NCBI GenBank assembly: GCA_013239625.1
Contig: MU054323.1
Span: 13,749,950 to 13,813,949, forward strand
Reading direction: 5' to 3'
DNA length: 64,000 bases
From: Lama guanicoe
Lineage: Eukaryota
Part shown: piece after piece, positions 38,816-52,233 of the stretch
How the letters are laid out: each line of letters begins with the position of its first letter
Numbering within the stretch: position 1 is the stretch's first letter
Program-made: the position numbers and the translations under genes
Notes under the pieces: model-generated
What the model was told of the DNA's origin: nothing
Seen by the model: the letters and a program-made list of their open reading frames with translations, nothing else
Database searches by the model: none

Positions 38816-39270
38816 TCAAATACTTGTAAAAAGGGTACTATGATAGTGAAAGTGAACAATATGTATTGCCTCCAGCCTTGTTGAGTGTACTCTCTAGTGG
38901 GAGAGACAGAAAAGTAGAAACTAAATCCTCACTGCAGTAACTGTTGTTAGGAAATCTTTGGGTTTGAGGACAGAGATGAATAGAGTAGATTAAATAGGAT
39001 AATCATGGTGGTGGGTTCCATGCAAAGAAGGAAACAGGGAGAAAAATAGAGACATTGTTCTTAAGCAAGTGACTGACTCTGAAGAACTGTGTCAGAAGTT
39101 TTAGAAAGAAAAACGGAGGTATTTTTGTAGAGGGCTTCTGTGTTAAAGCAAAGTGATGACTTTGATATTTCGCTTTGCATTAGGTGTGGGAAATAGAACA
39201 CATCTGCATTTGCTGGGTGGAATATGCTTTGTCTATGGGACAATAAGGCAGTTTCCTAGGTATTCCAGGG

Positions 39271-39573
39271 CAGGGGTCAGCAAACTTTTTCTCTAAAGGG
39301 CCAGATAGTAAGTATGGCTTGTGGGCTATATGGTTTCTGATGCAACATTTTGACTTTACATTATAGTAGGAAAACAGCCATAGGTTGTACTTTTAAATTT
39401 CTTCTATTGGATGCTGAAATTTGAATTTCATATAATTTTCATATTTCCTGAAATATTTTTCTACTTTCTTTTTACAACCATTTAAAAACAGAATAATCAT
39501 TCTTAGTTCTACAGCTGTACCAGAAGAGTCAGGAGGTGCATATGGCCCACTAGTCATGGTTTTCTGACCTCTG
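39271..39573. mobile_element. MER58B-like hAT-Charlie MITE
   Basis: caggggtcagcaaactttttctctaaagggccagatagtaa ... ttctgacctctg terminal inverted repeats. Confidence 0.85.
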
Positions 39574-42500
39574 TTTTAGAGTGAAACTTCTGTTCTTACA
39601 AGGAAAGGAACAGCCTTCTAAGCCTAGAAATTCTGCAGCCAACAGACAGGAGTAGAGTGATATTGGGAAGATAAGACCCTCTTGGGGAAGCAGTGTGTTA
39701 TCTCTGCAGAATCCTCAGTTCTTGCTGGCGTGATAAACATGGGCCTGAGCTTGAATTAAAAGTGATTTTTTTTTTTTACTTCATGAATCAGCATTCAATG
39801 ATAATGTTACTTCTTCATGTTTTAGCTATAAAAGTGCAAATTATGCATGAAATTATTCCATAATGAACTAATCTGATAGAAAAACACATTAGTATTTATA
39901 TTGAAAACAAGTCATTCATAACTATTAAGACATTTTGAAATGGAGATCCTATGTTCCTGAAAACATGAATGACTGGAAATTGGGGCCATTCAGTTGTGAC
40001 TGGAGAGATGGAGCATTGTGTTCCTCCCATCCTGCTGGCATTGCCTACTTGCCTTTATGACTGTAGATTTTTAAATGATGAAATACATTTCTTAAAATTT
40101 TTTATTCATGGTATCATTTCCTAAATGATAATAAATAGTACATTCCTATATAATACTGCATTTACAACCTTTACCACACTTGGGGCTCTGGTAATAGACT
40201 GATAGACCAATGGTTATAAATGTGAATTTGTGGAATCCTTTGTGAATTCAAGTGCCTTATTATTCAGAACTTATGGGTACTTCACACATTATTAAGTTTA
40301 AGTTATAGCTTCTCAATTCTTAAGTATCTGCTTTCTACCTTTCTTTAAAATCTCATGTTTTAGCCATACTGATTCTATATTGGTACTCAAAGAAAGTACA
40401 TTCTATTGTCAATAAGTTTTTGTATGTTTAACATTAAATGTCAGTTTAAATGGAGGCACTCTTTACAGATCATAGATTTTTAGAGCTTAAGGAGGCCTCA
40501 GAGATGACATAGCCCAACTTCCTCACTTTATACCTGAAGGAAATGATGAGGAAGTGACTTCATAATTGATTAGTTTTACCGTTAGCTGTAGGTAGTTTCT
40601 GTTTCACTCTGTAATGAGCTCAGCTCTCCTTTGTACACTCAGAAATGCTTGCTCAGTGGTTTGTAGAGGGGACAAAATTATTCCCAGCCTCTCTTTTATA
40701 GTCTCTGTTTTCCTAATAAACATATCTGGGGAGATCAGGGAATCAGTCAGTTGTCTTAGTAACTTTCTTTTCATGTAGGCTTCAGCTTTGGACCTCCGTA
40801 CTAGGAGCTGCTCCATGTTATATTGTTACCCTTATTAAGAGATTAAGTTAGGGGTGTGTACACTCACCTCAGAAAGAATGGAAGCAAAATTATTCTAGAG
40901 GGGCCTCCTCTGTTTAAAAAAAAAAGGCTGGGTGGCTGTTCTGTAGATATTAAGGTAGACCACGGAGTAGTTGATTATGTGGCTAATACTAGTGATGAGG
41001 TGGAGATGCATGTGTATAGGAAGCAATAGTCAATACCAGTGTTTCTGTTTCGTGAGGAAATGCTGAGGCACTGTAGACAACGTTTAGTATTTGTCTTTAA
41101 GCAGGCAGCAAATAGAAATCTATACCAAACTGCAAAACTAAACCCTGAGTTTGAGGCCTGTATTCAACTCTTGGGAGAAGCTCTAGCAAGAGACCCCTAT
41201 ATCCTCAGGAGAAGGTCTAGATGACTAAGAATAAGTGTTTTAAAGAACTCAGGAAGAGAAAGCTAGAGAGGAGCCCAGAAGTCTTGGGGGTAAAAGATAG
41301 GCAATGTGAGAGGAGAGAGAAAGCAGTTAAGCAGTTTAAAGCATGTACTTCCTCTGTTTGGGCTCAGGATGTGTGAATCCTCAGTGAAGTTAACTTTATA
41401 GAGATAACAAAAGCAGGGTTAAGGGCAATGACCCAGCCCACCCCTGTCACTCCACTGTAGTCCATATTTAACAGTTGTGCTTGATCCCTGACTGCCTTCA
41501 CATGGTCTGTTGGGTAAGACAGTGCTCGCTCATTCTTCAGAGATTTTCAATTTGGAGATTTCTGTGAAAACAAATTCTTTATAAAATCTGGATATAGTCA
41601 ATATTCTTTTAACTGCTTTTGTTGCAGAGGAAAATAGACAATAACATTCCATTAAATAAATACCTTTTACTAATACGGTACTGTTATAGCAGTTGACATG
41701 GCCTTTGATGTATTTAAGGTTGCACTTACAGGAGTATCAGACTTTCAGCCGAGGGTTTTTATCTTTGGTATAGTTTCAGCGTTTTATGACATTGGAATTT
41801 TAGCACTATTGATATTTATAAAGAGCTGAATCATAAAAAAAGTTATCTAAAATTTAATGTCCCTTTAAATCTCATTGAAAAACCCAGTCTCTGTGGTGGA
41901 AATGCTCTGTTACTTTCTTGACCCGCTTTTGCTCCTAGTAAGTGAGGCTCTCCACTCCACCGATTACTGTGTTTTTTCCAGATCTCAGTTCTGCTTCTGG
42001 GCAGGTTGCATATTTCAGAGGATCTTGGGCCAGCTTCAAGCCTAACTCGTTGCTCTTTCTCCTGTTAACTAGGCTGACCGTATGTAGATCCAGGTGAAGT
42101 GTTTCATACATAGCAACTGTGTATACTTAGTTGCTTAATGGTTATATTTACATTTCCAAGGTTGGATCTTAATAATTTCATTCTTTAGGGTCCTGGCTAA
42201 ACTATTTTGCTTTAGTTTTGCTTGCCAAAATATAGTTTATTTAGATGGATTTTTGACTTTGATGCTTATTTAATTCTGGATCTAGTTTCTCACCTGTTAC
42301 TGTAGGTTCTTCCCTGAATATCTGGAACCTACTTTCTATTTTTGATCTCTGATTCTGTGCAAATTGTGGGCATGGAGCTTCGTCTGCACAATTAGTTTTC
42401 TTGACTTGCTTTTTACTTTCTTTGACTTCTATAGTGATTGAAAAACCTCTCTCATCCATTCTTTTAGGTTCTCTGGGCTTTGATTCAGCCTTTCTTTAAT

Positions 42501-43764
42501 CATTGCTCCCAAATCATTCCCTAACCTCTCTGCCAGTGTCTTGATTCCTTTACTTCTCCAGCATTTTTTTTTTTTCTGGTTCTCCAGGCTTCTTAATAAC
42601 TACGTATCAGTACCTCTTCAGTACTTCTGACTTTGATCATGGACATCCAAGACTCCCTTTATTCTTTCTTATCTCAATCCAAGACTAGATGTCAACACCA
42701 GAAGCCTTCTATATTAAAACTAACCGAACCATATATACATATAGAAAAACATATATAGCACTATTCCACTGCTGGGTTAGTGGAAAAAAATCAGGCTGTA
42801 TACCTATATGGCCTTATATGTATTCATGCCATAGCTTGGCCAGTTTTATTTTAACGAATTATCTACCTTAAATAGAAATACTTTTTGTAGAACTCTGTGA
42901 TCAACATGATGATCTTGAGTTATATTCATATCCTGTTTGAATTAGAATTTGGCTTATCAATACTCTTCTCTGAGATAGCTCACACAATTTCCTTAAAATT
43001 TTTCAATTATTTGAAAGAATATTCTAGGATATTTCATTATTTATTGCTTTTGATATACCATGAACACAGTGCTTGCAATTGATTTACAGAATATTTGAGT
43101 TTTGATTATTTATCTTTTGATTTATTGGTTTAAAACATTTTCTTCCTTGAGAGCCTTTCTTTTGTACATTGTGGGACATTCCTTGCTCTGTAAGATAACC
43201 TGGAAGAGAAAGTAGAATACTAATTCTTAAAACCCAACTTACAACATCATTTTTAGTTGGATTTTGTCATCAAGTGGTGTGAGATAGGCTTCTTTAAGCA
43301 TATTAAGAGACTTTTTTCAAAAATGTTTTCTTCTTAGAAAAGCAGGAAAATCAATATAAGCTTTATATATTGAATCCTTTAAAATTATTACAACATGACT
43401 TCTCAATTAGTATATAGTCTATCTTGGTGAATATGCCTTGTGTAGAATGTATATTTTTCTGTCATTGGAATATTTTATGAATATCAATATATAGTTATTC
43501 AGTCTTCTGTGTCCTTACTGATTTTCTGTCCAATTGTTTTATCAATTACTGAGAAAGGAGTTTTGAAATATTCAACTATTTATTTATTTCTTTTTAAATT
43601 GTCAATTGTTGCTTCATTTCAGTTCTAATCTTGGGTACATACACATTTAGGGTTGTTTTGCCTTCTTGATGAACTGATATTTTTATCATTAGGACTCTTT
43701 TATCTTAGGTTATGTTTCTTATTTTAAAGTTTACTTTGTTTAATGTTAATACAGCTATTTTAGG

Positions 43765-44129
43765 TGCTAGGTACTGAATATTTGTGTCCCCCAAATTGAT
43801 AGGCTGAAACATAACATCTAATGTGACAGTGTTTGGAGGTGGGGACCTGTGAGAGGTGATTAGGTCATGGGGCTCCACTCTTATAAAAGATTACTATATT
43901 AGTGCCCTTAATGCAGAGATCCAAGAGAGCTTCCTTGCCCCTTCTGCCATGGGAGGACATAGTGAGAAGCAGCCTTCTGTAACAAAGGAAGTAGGCCCTT
44001 ACCAGACATGAAATCTGCTGGCACCTTAATCTTGGACTTTATAGTCTTAAGACTGCGAGATAAATTTCTGTTGTTTATAAGTCACCCAGTCTATAGTATC
44101 TGTTATAGCAGCCTGAACACACTGAGACA
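43765..44129 (+). mobile_element. MLT1A-type MaLR solo LTR
   Basis: actgaatatttgtgtcccccaaatt...tttggaggtgggg...tgttatagcagcctgaacacactgagaca. Confidence 0.87.
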
Positions 44130-45499
44130 CTAGCTTTATGATTAATATTAGCAGAGCATGTTTTTTTTCCATGGCTTTTCTTTAAACATATCTATATCTC
44201 TATATCTGAAGCTTTTTTTTTTAAAGGTAGTATTTAATTGGGTCTTACATTTTCATCCACTCTGATAATGTCTGCCTTTTTATTGGAAGTTTTAGGCCAT
44301 TTATATCTTAGGAAAACATTGATTTAAGATTGGAGGCTTGTGGTTACTCTTTTCTGAAATGTTTGGTGATAATTGCCAGTGAGTTTCTGTTTTGTTGTTT
44401 TTCTCTATTATTTGTTCACTTTATATACCAATGATTTCCACATTTACATTATTCTTCCTTCTCTTTACTTACTCTGAGTTTATTTTGATCTTTTTATTTT
44501 TGCTCTTTATAGTGAATCTTAGGTCATTGATTTTAAATGTTTCTTCTCCAATATAAGCATCTAAACATAGAAATTTCCTTTTAAAGACTGCCTTAATCAC
44601 AACCTATGAAGTTTAATATGTTGTGTTTCCATTATCATGGAGGTCAAAATATTTTCTTTCTTTTGTGATTTTTTTCTTTGATTCATGTTTTATTCAGAAT
44701 TATAATTCTTAATTTCCAAATATTTGGGGACATTTCAGGTATCTTTTTCTTTTGATTTTTAATATAATTCTAAATCAGTTTGAAAATGTATTTTGTATGT
44801 TTTCAATCCTTTGAAATTAAGGCCTGTTTTTTGGCTCAGCACATGGTCTATCTTGTGAATGTTCCATGTGTACTATAAATGAATGTGAATTCTGCAGTTG
44901 CTTTGTGTAGTGTTCTGCAAATCCCAGTTAACTGATTTCAACTAGTGTTTTTAAATTATTTGATAATGTGTTTCAAATCTTCAATATTCTTTGATTTTTG
45001 TATCATTAAGACATGTCCTTCATTATCTTTATTATTATTATTCCTTTTCTTGAAGCATTCTTTGATTTTAATACAGTCAGTTCATGTTTATGTGTTTAAT
45101 TTATATGTTACACATTTTATCATCATTTTATTTCTAATCTTTCTGTGCATTTATACTTAAATGCATCTCTTATGGAGAGCATATATTTGAATTTAATTTT
45201 GTTTTCCCAGCCTAACAGTCTTTGCCTTTTAATAGGAACGTTTAGTCCATTTACATATAATATAATTGTGATATGGTTAGGTTTAAGGCTATCATCTTAT
45301 CATCTTTTGGTTTTCTAGTTCTTCACCCTGTTCTTTGTTTATTCCCTCCTTTTCTTTTTTCTTTTTGATTAATTGAATATTTTTAGTATTCTATTTTATT
45401 TTTCTTTGTATCTCCTATTTTGTTATTTTAGATGTTGCTTTAGAAATTAACATGTGCATTTTAACTTATCACAAACTAACTTGAATTAATATTATACCA

Positions 45500-45851
45500 T
45501 GCTATGGAGTAATGTTTGTGTCCCCCCAAAATTCATATGCTGAACCCTAATCCTCCATATGTTGGTATTTGGAGGTGAGGCTTTTGAGAAGTAATTAGAT
45601 CATGAGGGTGGAACCATCATGATGGGATTAGTGACCTTATAAGATGTGACATGAGAGAGAGAGAATTTGTCTCTCCACCATGTGGCGTTACAGCAAGAGA
45701 TTGTCATCTGCAAACCAGGAATAGGGCTCTCATCAGAAACAGAGCTGGCAGCACCTTGATCTTGGACTTCTCAGCCTCCAGAACTGTGAGAAAAACTGGT
45801 TGTTTAAGCCACCCGGTCTGATGTATTTAGCGTCCTGATCTGACTAAAGCA
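45500..45851 (+). mobile_element. MLT1A-type MaLR solo LTR
   Basis: tgctatggagtaatgtttgtgtccccccaaaattcatatgctgaa ... ctgactaaagca; TSD-like tacca/taccc. Confidence 0.9.
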
Positions 45852-46087
45852 TACCCCTTTATGTATAATGTAAGAACCTTACACTGCTATACTTCTCTTT
45901 ACTCCTCTCATATTATTTCTCCTATTGCTACCATGACTTGTACTACTGCATATGTTTAAAGCTTATGATGTGTATCTATTACTTTTGCTCTAAGTGGTTT
46001 CTAAAATAAAGTACAAAAAGAGGAAAGGTGATTTTTATATTTGCCCACATATTTACTATTTTCAGATCTTCATTCTTTTCGATTGAT

Positions 46088-46409
46088 CTGAGGTCTGCAT
46101 ACTTTTTCTGTAAAGGGCCAGAGAGTAAATATTTAAGGCTTTGTGGGCAGTACAGTCTCTGTCACAACTACTTAACTCTGCCAGTGTAGAGTGAAAGCAG
46201 CCATGGACAATTTGTAAGCTAATGATTATGGCTGTGTTCCAGGAAACTTTATTTATTAATACTAACATTTGAATTTCATGTATCTTTCAACATATTATTC
46301 TTCTGTTTTTTTCCAACCACTTAGAGATGTGCGAATCATCTTAGTTCAGAGACCATCCAAAACCAGGTAGCTGGCTTGATTTGGCTTGTCTGTAATTTGC
46401 CAACCCCTG
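46088..46409. mobile_element. MER58B-like hAT-Charlie MITE
   Basis: actttttctgtaaagggccagagagtaaatattt...ggctgtgttccaggaaactttattta...tttgccaacccctg. Confidence 0.87.
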
Positions 46410-47110
46410 CTATAGATCCATGTTGACATCTAGAATCATTAAGCCTCAACCTGAAGGCCATCTTATAACATTTCTTGTGGTGCAGGTTTACTAATGACAA
46501 ATTTCATTTTTGTTTGTTTGAAAATCTACTTATTTATCCTTCATTTTTGAACAGTATTTTCATGGGACACAGAATTCTAGGCTAACAGTTTTGTTTTGTA
46601 ATTCCTTAAAGATATTATTCTGTTGTTTTCAGGTTAGTTGCATCTCTGTGCTCTATTCCCTCTGCCTGAAAATTAAGTCTTTGGTCCATAGCTGCAACTT
46701 TGAAAGGGAGAATACTGAAGCAAATGCACAGCTCACCTCATGAATTTCTCTTCTCTCGGGAATACAGTCTATGTAGTTGTCTAATGCCTAAAAACAGTTG
46801 CTTTGTATATTTTCTTTAGTTGTATATTTCTTTTTTTTACAGTGAGAGTAAGTCCTATTCCTGTTATTCTGTCATGGCCAAGCCAGAAGACTTTTGTATA
46901 TGTTCAAAACATAAGTAGTGATTAGTACATGTTATAATTATAAAAAGTCATGTTTGGGTTCAGAGAAATGTTTAATATTTAAGAGTAAATATTATGCTTT
47001 GTAATTAAGCTCTTTCTCACTGTCTTTTCTAAACTTTTCTTTTTTAAGAGGAATCCTAGACAGTTGGACTATGAGGCCATAGCAAAAAAAAAAAAAAAAA
47101 TCTTAGGGCA

Positions 47111-47306
47111 GGAGGGGTAGGTATAGCTCAGTGGCAGAGCACATGCCTAGCAAGCACAAGGTCCTGGGTTCAATCCCCAGTACTTCCATTAAAATAAAAT
47201 AAAATAAAATAAAAATAAAATAAAATAAAATAAAACAAAAATAAATAAAACCTAGTTAACTACCCCTACAGTAAATAAATAAATAAGCAGAAGAAATTAA
47301 AAAAAA
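47111..47306 (+). mobile_element. tRNA-Ala-derived camelid SINE (Vic-1 type)
   Basis: Pol III A box TAGCTCAGTGG (47124) and B box GGTTCAATCCC (47167), then cagtacttccatt, (TAAAA)n, an aaacctagttaactacccc linker and a second A-rich tail; tcttagg on both flanks. Confidence 0.88.
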
Positions 47307-48676
47307 CCCCAAACTTTGTCTTAGGCCGTAAGTCTTGATGGGTATAACCTCAACCAATCAATATTTATTGAGTGCACCTGTGTATCAGATGCTGGAAGGT
47401 CTCAGAATTGTTACTCTTACAAATGGAAATATTATAAAATACATCATTATATAAAACCGCTCTTTGAAAAAAAGTTGAACAGTAATGTCACAAAAACAAA
47501 CAAGATTCTACAATTCTAAAACATTAGAATTGCTCTACCTGAAAAATGAATGTTTTCTAAAAAACAAAACACTGAGAAGTGAATTTTACTCCTAACTCTG
47601 TTGGAATTATATTGCACAGTTCAGTCTTCAGGCCTTGCTTTCCTCCTCTGTCATGCTTAGTGATGTTTAAGTTCCCTTTGTTATCTAAAATTTGTGATTC
47701 TCTGCATGTCTTTGTATACCTTTTGTACCTTTTTTCTGTCTCATCCAATTAGGGCAGAAATAGAAGAGCAGAGTGCCGTTGAGATTCTGCATTCTAAACG
47801 TAATTTAGATTATTTAAAATATGAAATGTTAGAGTGCACTTAAGTTGCAAAAAATGGTTTTCTAAATATAATAGCTAGTTACCTTACATGTATGCTTTTA
47901 TGTGTCCTCTGGGTCATATCTGCTCTCAGTAGCTGCTGACAAAACAGGATTTTACTGCTGAAAGAGCAGCAGATCTAATATTGCTGCAAAAGAGCAGGCT
48001 GAATTTTATTTTGCCTTGAGTCACCAATAAAATTCTAGTCATGCTCTGATCCTACACTCTTTATTGTTCCCCATAACACATTACAGGTAAAAGAATACTT
48101 TACTTTTTCAGGCATTGTGAAACTTAAATGAAGAATTGAAGAATACCTTCAAGAATAAGAAGGTCACAGTCTTAGAAAGCTTGGAAAGTATTCTCCCTGA
48201 CTTAATGACATGTGTAAATTTCTGTATTTGTTAGGGTAATTGGTGACTAGAAATAGACCCACATATAAAGTGGCTTGCAACTCTAGGAGTTTGTCTCTTG
48301 CACATGTAGTAGCTCCTGGCAGATGTACATGTGAGCAGTGCTGCTCTCCTTTTTGTGGTCATTTAGGAGCACATGTTGATGGAGGCTTCGCTGTCTTTTG
48401 GGGTTGTAGGCAGATAGGGATTCCGTCAACACAGCATACCATGCCCATGGCTGCTGCAGTCATATCCATTCCACTCAGAAGTGGGCAAAGAGCATGAAGA
48501 AGTTCATAAGAGATTTCTCTGTGGGCCATTCTTCTTCAATTCCATGGGCTTCATTTACATGAAAGAGAGATAGAGCAATCTCAGAATCAGGAAATAGAGA
48601 ACAAACTGTCTGACTCCTGAGCCCATGCTCTTAATAACCACTTTTTTTCATTATCTCTTCTGATCTTGAAATTACT

Positions 48677-49043
48677 TGCGTTAGTCTATTTAGGCTGCTG
48701 TGCCAGAATATTATAGACTGGGTGGCTTATGAACAATGAAAATTTATTTCTCACAGTTCTGGAGGCTGGGAGTCTTAAGATCAGGGTACCAGCAGATTTG
48801 ATGTCTGGTGAAAGCCTGCTTCCTGGTTTGTGGTTTTTCTTTTTGCTGTGTTCTCACATGGGAGAAGGGGCAAGGGGACTTTCTTGAGTCTTGTCTGTGA
48901 GGGCACTACTCCCATTCATGAGGGCTCAACTGTCATGATCTCATCACCCCTAAAGGCCCCACCTCCAGATATCATCACATTGAGGATTAAGTTACAACAT
49001 ACAAATTTTGGGAGAGACACAAACATTTAGTCATTTAATAGCA
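48677..49043 (-). mobile_element. MLT1A-type MaLR solo LTR
   Basis: ttagtctatttaggctgct...atttatttctcacagttctggaggctggg...attttgggagagacacaaacatttagtc. Confidence 0.88.
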
Positions 49044-49200
49044 TTGTCTAACTCTAGAATTCTACCAAATAAACTACTATTCAAATGCAATGTTGTATGA
49101 AACTGCTGATAGCAATGAAATTTTTATTTGAATGTTCCCTATGATTTTCCAAATTTTCCCCCCAAATGTCCTCATCTCTTTTTTTATCCGGCTTTAAACT

Positions 49201-49254
49201 GAAATGTGAGAGCAGAGCTTCCTCTTTGAAATGTGAGAGCAGAGCTTCCTCTTT
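49201..49254. repeat. Perfect 27-bp tandem duplication
   Basis: gaaatgtgagagcagagcttcctcttt occurs twice with no mismatch (49201-49227 and 49228-49254). Confidence 0.97.
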
Positions 49255-50240
49255 AGATGACTTGGAGATCTATTCTTGCCCTGGGAGATTCAAGGAACAC
49301 AGATAGGCACACAGTCCAAAATCAGCAGCTGTTTTTATCTTGGAGCTGCAATGTTTGTATTTTTAAAGGAAGGTGGTTTTTAAAACTCTCTAATGTAATC
49401 TATAGCCCTGTTATGTGGGAGGGGTCTTTCACTCCTTTCTTCTGGATCAAAGAAGCTGAAAAGTTATGTTTGTTTATCATTGTATTTGTTAGCCCACAAC
49501 TTCTAGTTTTGTGTAAAAAACTGCATATGTATCTGCTTTGACTTAAAAAATATAGTCAAAGTAATTGTTAATGTTCCATTTTCAAGTCCCCAGAGATATG
49601 TCTGTCTTTTTCAATGCATGCAACTCAGTTTTCAGATGTGCCCCTTGAGGCTCTTTTGACTTTTGCTGTTTTTCTGGACAGCCATTTTATAATCCTTATG
49701 AACAGAACATATACTTTGAGCTATCCAGAGAATATATTACATTTACATGGTATAGCTAAAATGAAAGACGCTCTCTATCCAAAAAATGTCCAAAGACACT
49801 TTCTTCCCCCAATTTGAGGCAAGACTGCTGATGTTTGGATTCTTTTAAAAACATACTTATCCAAGAGAACTGCAATTTTCGTGAGTTTTACAGGTAGAAA
49901 AAAGCTTTCCCTCAGTTCTTTAATTCAGAGTTATCCTGGGATATAATGATTGCAACTCCAGTGGTCTTACTCTTTAATGCAAGATGGGATTTTTCTATGA
50001 TATTTGTGTTCACTGAAGACAAAATCAATTGCAGATAGGAAGTTTGTGGACTCACAGAGAAAAGGAAATAACCCACATTTCATGATAAGGTCTGACCATT
50101 ATGAGATGCTTCCAGAATTACTAATGTACCAATGACATACTGAACATGGTTTAGGTACCTGGTAATTGCATGCTTTATTTTACTATAAAAATAGTTTTGG
50201 GGGAGTATAAATGATGTACTCAATGAGAGTGGTTTTGCTA

Positions 50241-50970
50241 TTTTTTTTGTTGTAGTAAAATATATACAACATAAAATTTACCATCTTAACCTTTTTTAAG
50301 TGTATAGTTCAGTCATGTTAAACACATTCATAATGTTGTGCAGCTGTCACCTCCATAAATCTCCATAGCTCTTTTCATCTTATAAAACTGAAATTTTGTA
50401 TCTATTTAACAATAACTCCCCATTCCCCTCTTCCCTCACCCCCTGGCAGCCACCATTCCACTTTCTTTCTCTGTGAATTTGACTACTTTAGATACTTCAT
50501 ATAAGTGAATTCATACAGTTATTTGTCTTTTTGCAGTTTTTTTGATTGATTTCTTTCACTTTTCATAATGTCCTCAAGTTTTATCCATGTTGTAACATAT
50601 GCGTGACTTTCCTTCTTTTTTAAGGCTGAATAATATTCCATTGTATATATATTATATATATACACACACAATATGTAATATATATGTTTGTGTATGTACA
50701 CACACCCACACATCACATTTTGCTGTTGATTCATCTGTTGATAGATACTTGGGTTGCTTCCCTGTTTTAGCTGTTGTGATTAATGCTGCTATGAACATGT
50801 GTTTACAAATATCTCTTCAAGATCTTGCTTTCAGTTCTTTTGGGTATGTACCCAAGAGTAGAATTGCAGAATCATATGATAATTCCATTTATACTTTTTT
50901 GAGGAACTGTCATATTGTTCCCCATAGAAGCTATACCATTTTACATTTCTACCAACAGTGCACAGGGATT
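50241..50970 (-). mobile_element. L1 (L1MB-like) 3' end
   Basis: aacataaaatttaccatcttaacc...aagtgtatagttcagt...ttttaaggctgaataatattccattgta...taccaacagtgcacaggg. Confidence 0.9.
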
Positions 50971-50987
50971 TTTACTGTATTTTTTAA

Positions 50988-51240
50988 GGGAGGCAGCTAT
51001 GATGTGATAGTAAGTGCATCAGCTTTAGAGGCAAAAAATCCCCCAAAACTGAATATGAGGTCTAGTCCCTGCATAGTCATGTGACTCAGGACTGAATGAT
51101 TTGTAATCTCTCTGAATCTCAGTTTTCTCATGCTTAAAAAAATATCTACTTCACAGGATGCTATGAGATTAATAAGATAATGTGTGTAAAGTCCACTGGA
51201 ACTGTCACGTGCTATGAAAGTGTGAAGTATTTATTATGAT
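50988..51240 (+). mobile_element. MIR SINE fragment
   Basis: ggaggcagc...aatctctctgaatctcagttttctcat...tctacttcacaggatgctatgagatt...gataatgtgtgtaaag. Confidence 0.72.
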
Positions 51241-52025
51241 GTAATTGAATATCAAGAAACAAACATCTACCTTGTCTTTCCTGGCTCTGTACATATGTAT
51301 GCAGACACATGGACATATACATTTAGATAGTGTCACTGAGTATTTCTTTACAGTGCTTGCTGTTTACAATGCATGCTGACTTTCAGTAAAAGTTAAATTT
51401 AATGTCACTGATGATAATTTCATGGAGAAGAGCTCTGTTTTACACTGTTAGCATAATAATATCAATAGGAAAATCCCTGCTTTGTGTAGCTGCACTTATT
51501 AGCCAGTAGTGTGCTATGCTATGACTTTCCTTTCTGAAGGACATTATTTAAGACCCAGGGAGTTGTGTACAAACACCATGATGGACTTAGGTAGGTTTAA
51601 GCAACTTTGGCATTTAAAATCTGTGTGACCAGTGCCAAGTTCCTATGCCCCTGAGCTTCAATTTGTAAGTTTTAAAACTGAGGAAATTGGAATAAATCAT
51701 CATTAGCAGATTTTCCAGATTTGAAAATCTGATTCTAGGGTCACTGTGTGGTTGGTCTAATATGACCTGATTGTTAATCTGTCAGTGCTCTTGAGTTTAG
51801 GTAAGTCAATGGATTGAGAAGCAATTCATTAAGAAAGTAAAGTAATAACAGGAGTAGGAATAATTTCTACCAAGTGTGAGTGAAATTTCTTAACTCCAAT
51901 AAGAGAATTCCTTGTGGTTGATTAGATCTGATAACATTTGTAGTCTTTAGAAGAAAAGTTACATAAAAAGTGAAAGATGATAATTATTAGAATATAATTA
52001 ATAAAAATAGTGTAATGTTCTAGAG

Positions 52026-52233
52026 CAGTTCTGGCCAATAAACTATTCTGCAATGATAGAAATATTCTGTACCTGCACCACCAATACGTCAGACATTAGC
52101 CAGTGTGTGTCTGCTAAAAGATTGAAATATGATTAGTGAGACTAAGGAATTGAAAATTTTGAATGTTATTTAAGTTTATTTAACCAAACTTAAATAGCCA
52201 TATGTGGCCATTGGCTGCCTTATTGGAGAGCAG
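52026..52233. mobile_element. MER3-like hAT-Charlie MITE
   Basis: cagttctggccaata...ttctgcaatgatagaaatattctg...aaatagccatatgtggc...tattggagagcag; 8-bp TSD ttctagag/ttatagag fits the NTCTAGAN Charlie preference. Confidence 0.85.

Larger units (their letters stand above)
43385..46890 (-). mobile_element. Cluster of very old L1 fragments (EN region, spacer, ORF1 end) interrupted by two MLT1A LTRs and a MER58
   Basis: Recurrent EN-region motifs (gtctatcttggtgaatat at ~43417, ggtctatcttgtgaatgttccatgtg at ~44845, tttagtccatttacat). At least two separate L1 pieces. Confidence 0.75.

Noticed and set aside
41475..41516. miR-218-like sequence (TTGTGCTTGATC ... CATGGTCTGT)
   Set aside because: Only the first 12 nt match, the TAACCATGT 3' half is absent, and the putative stem relies mostly on G:U pairs.
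43765..45851. Two MLT1A LTRs ~1.4 kb apart as an LTR-internal-LTR MaLR
   Set aside because: The intervening DNA is L1 sequence that continues across the LTRs, and the second LTR has its own TSD-like pair.
47111..47190. tRNA-Ala gene
   Set aside because: The cloverleaf is degenerate, an A-rich tail follows instead of an oligo-T terminator, and the structure is that of a SINE head.
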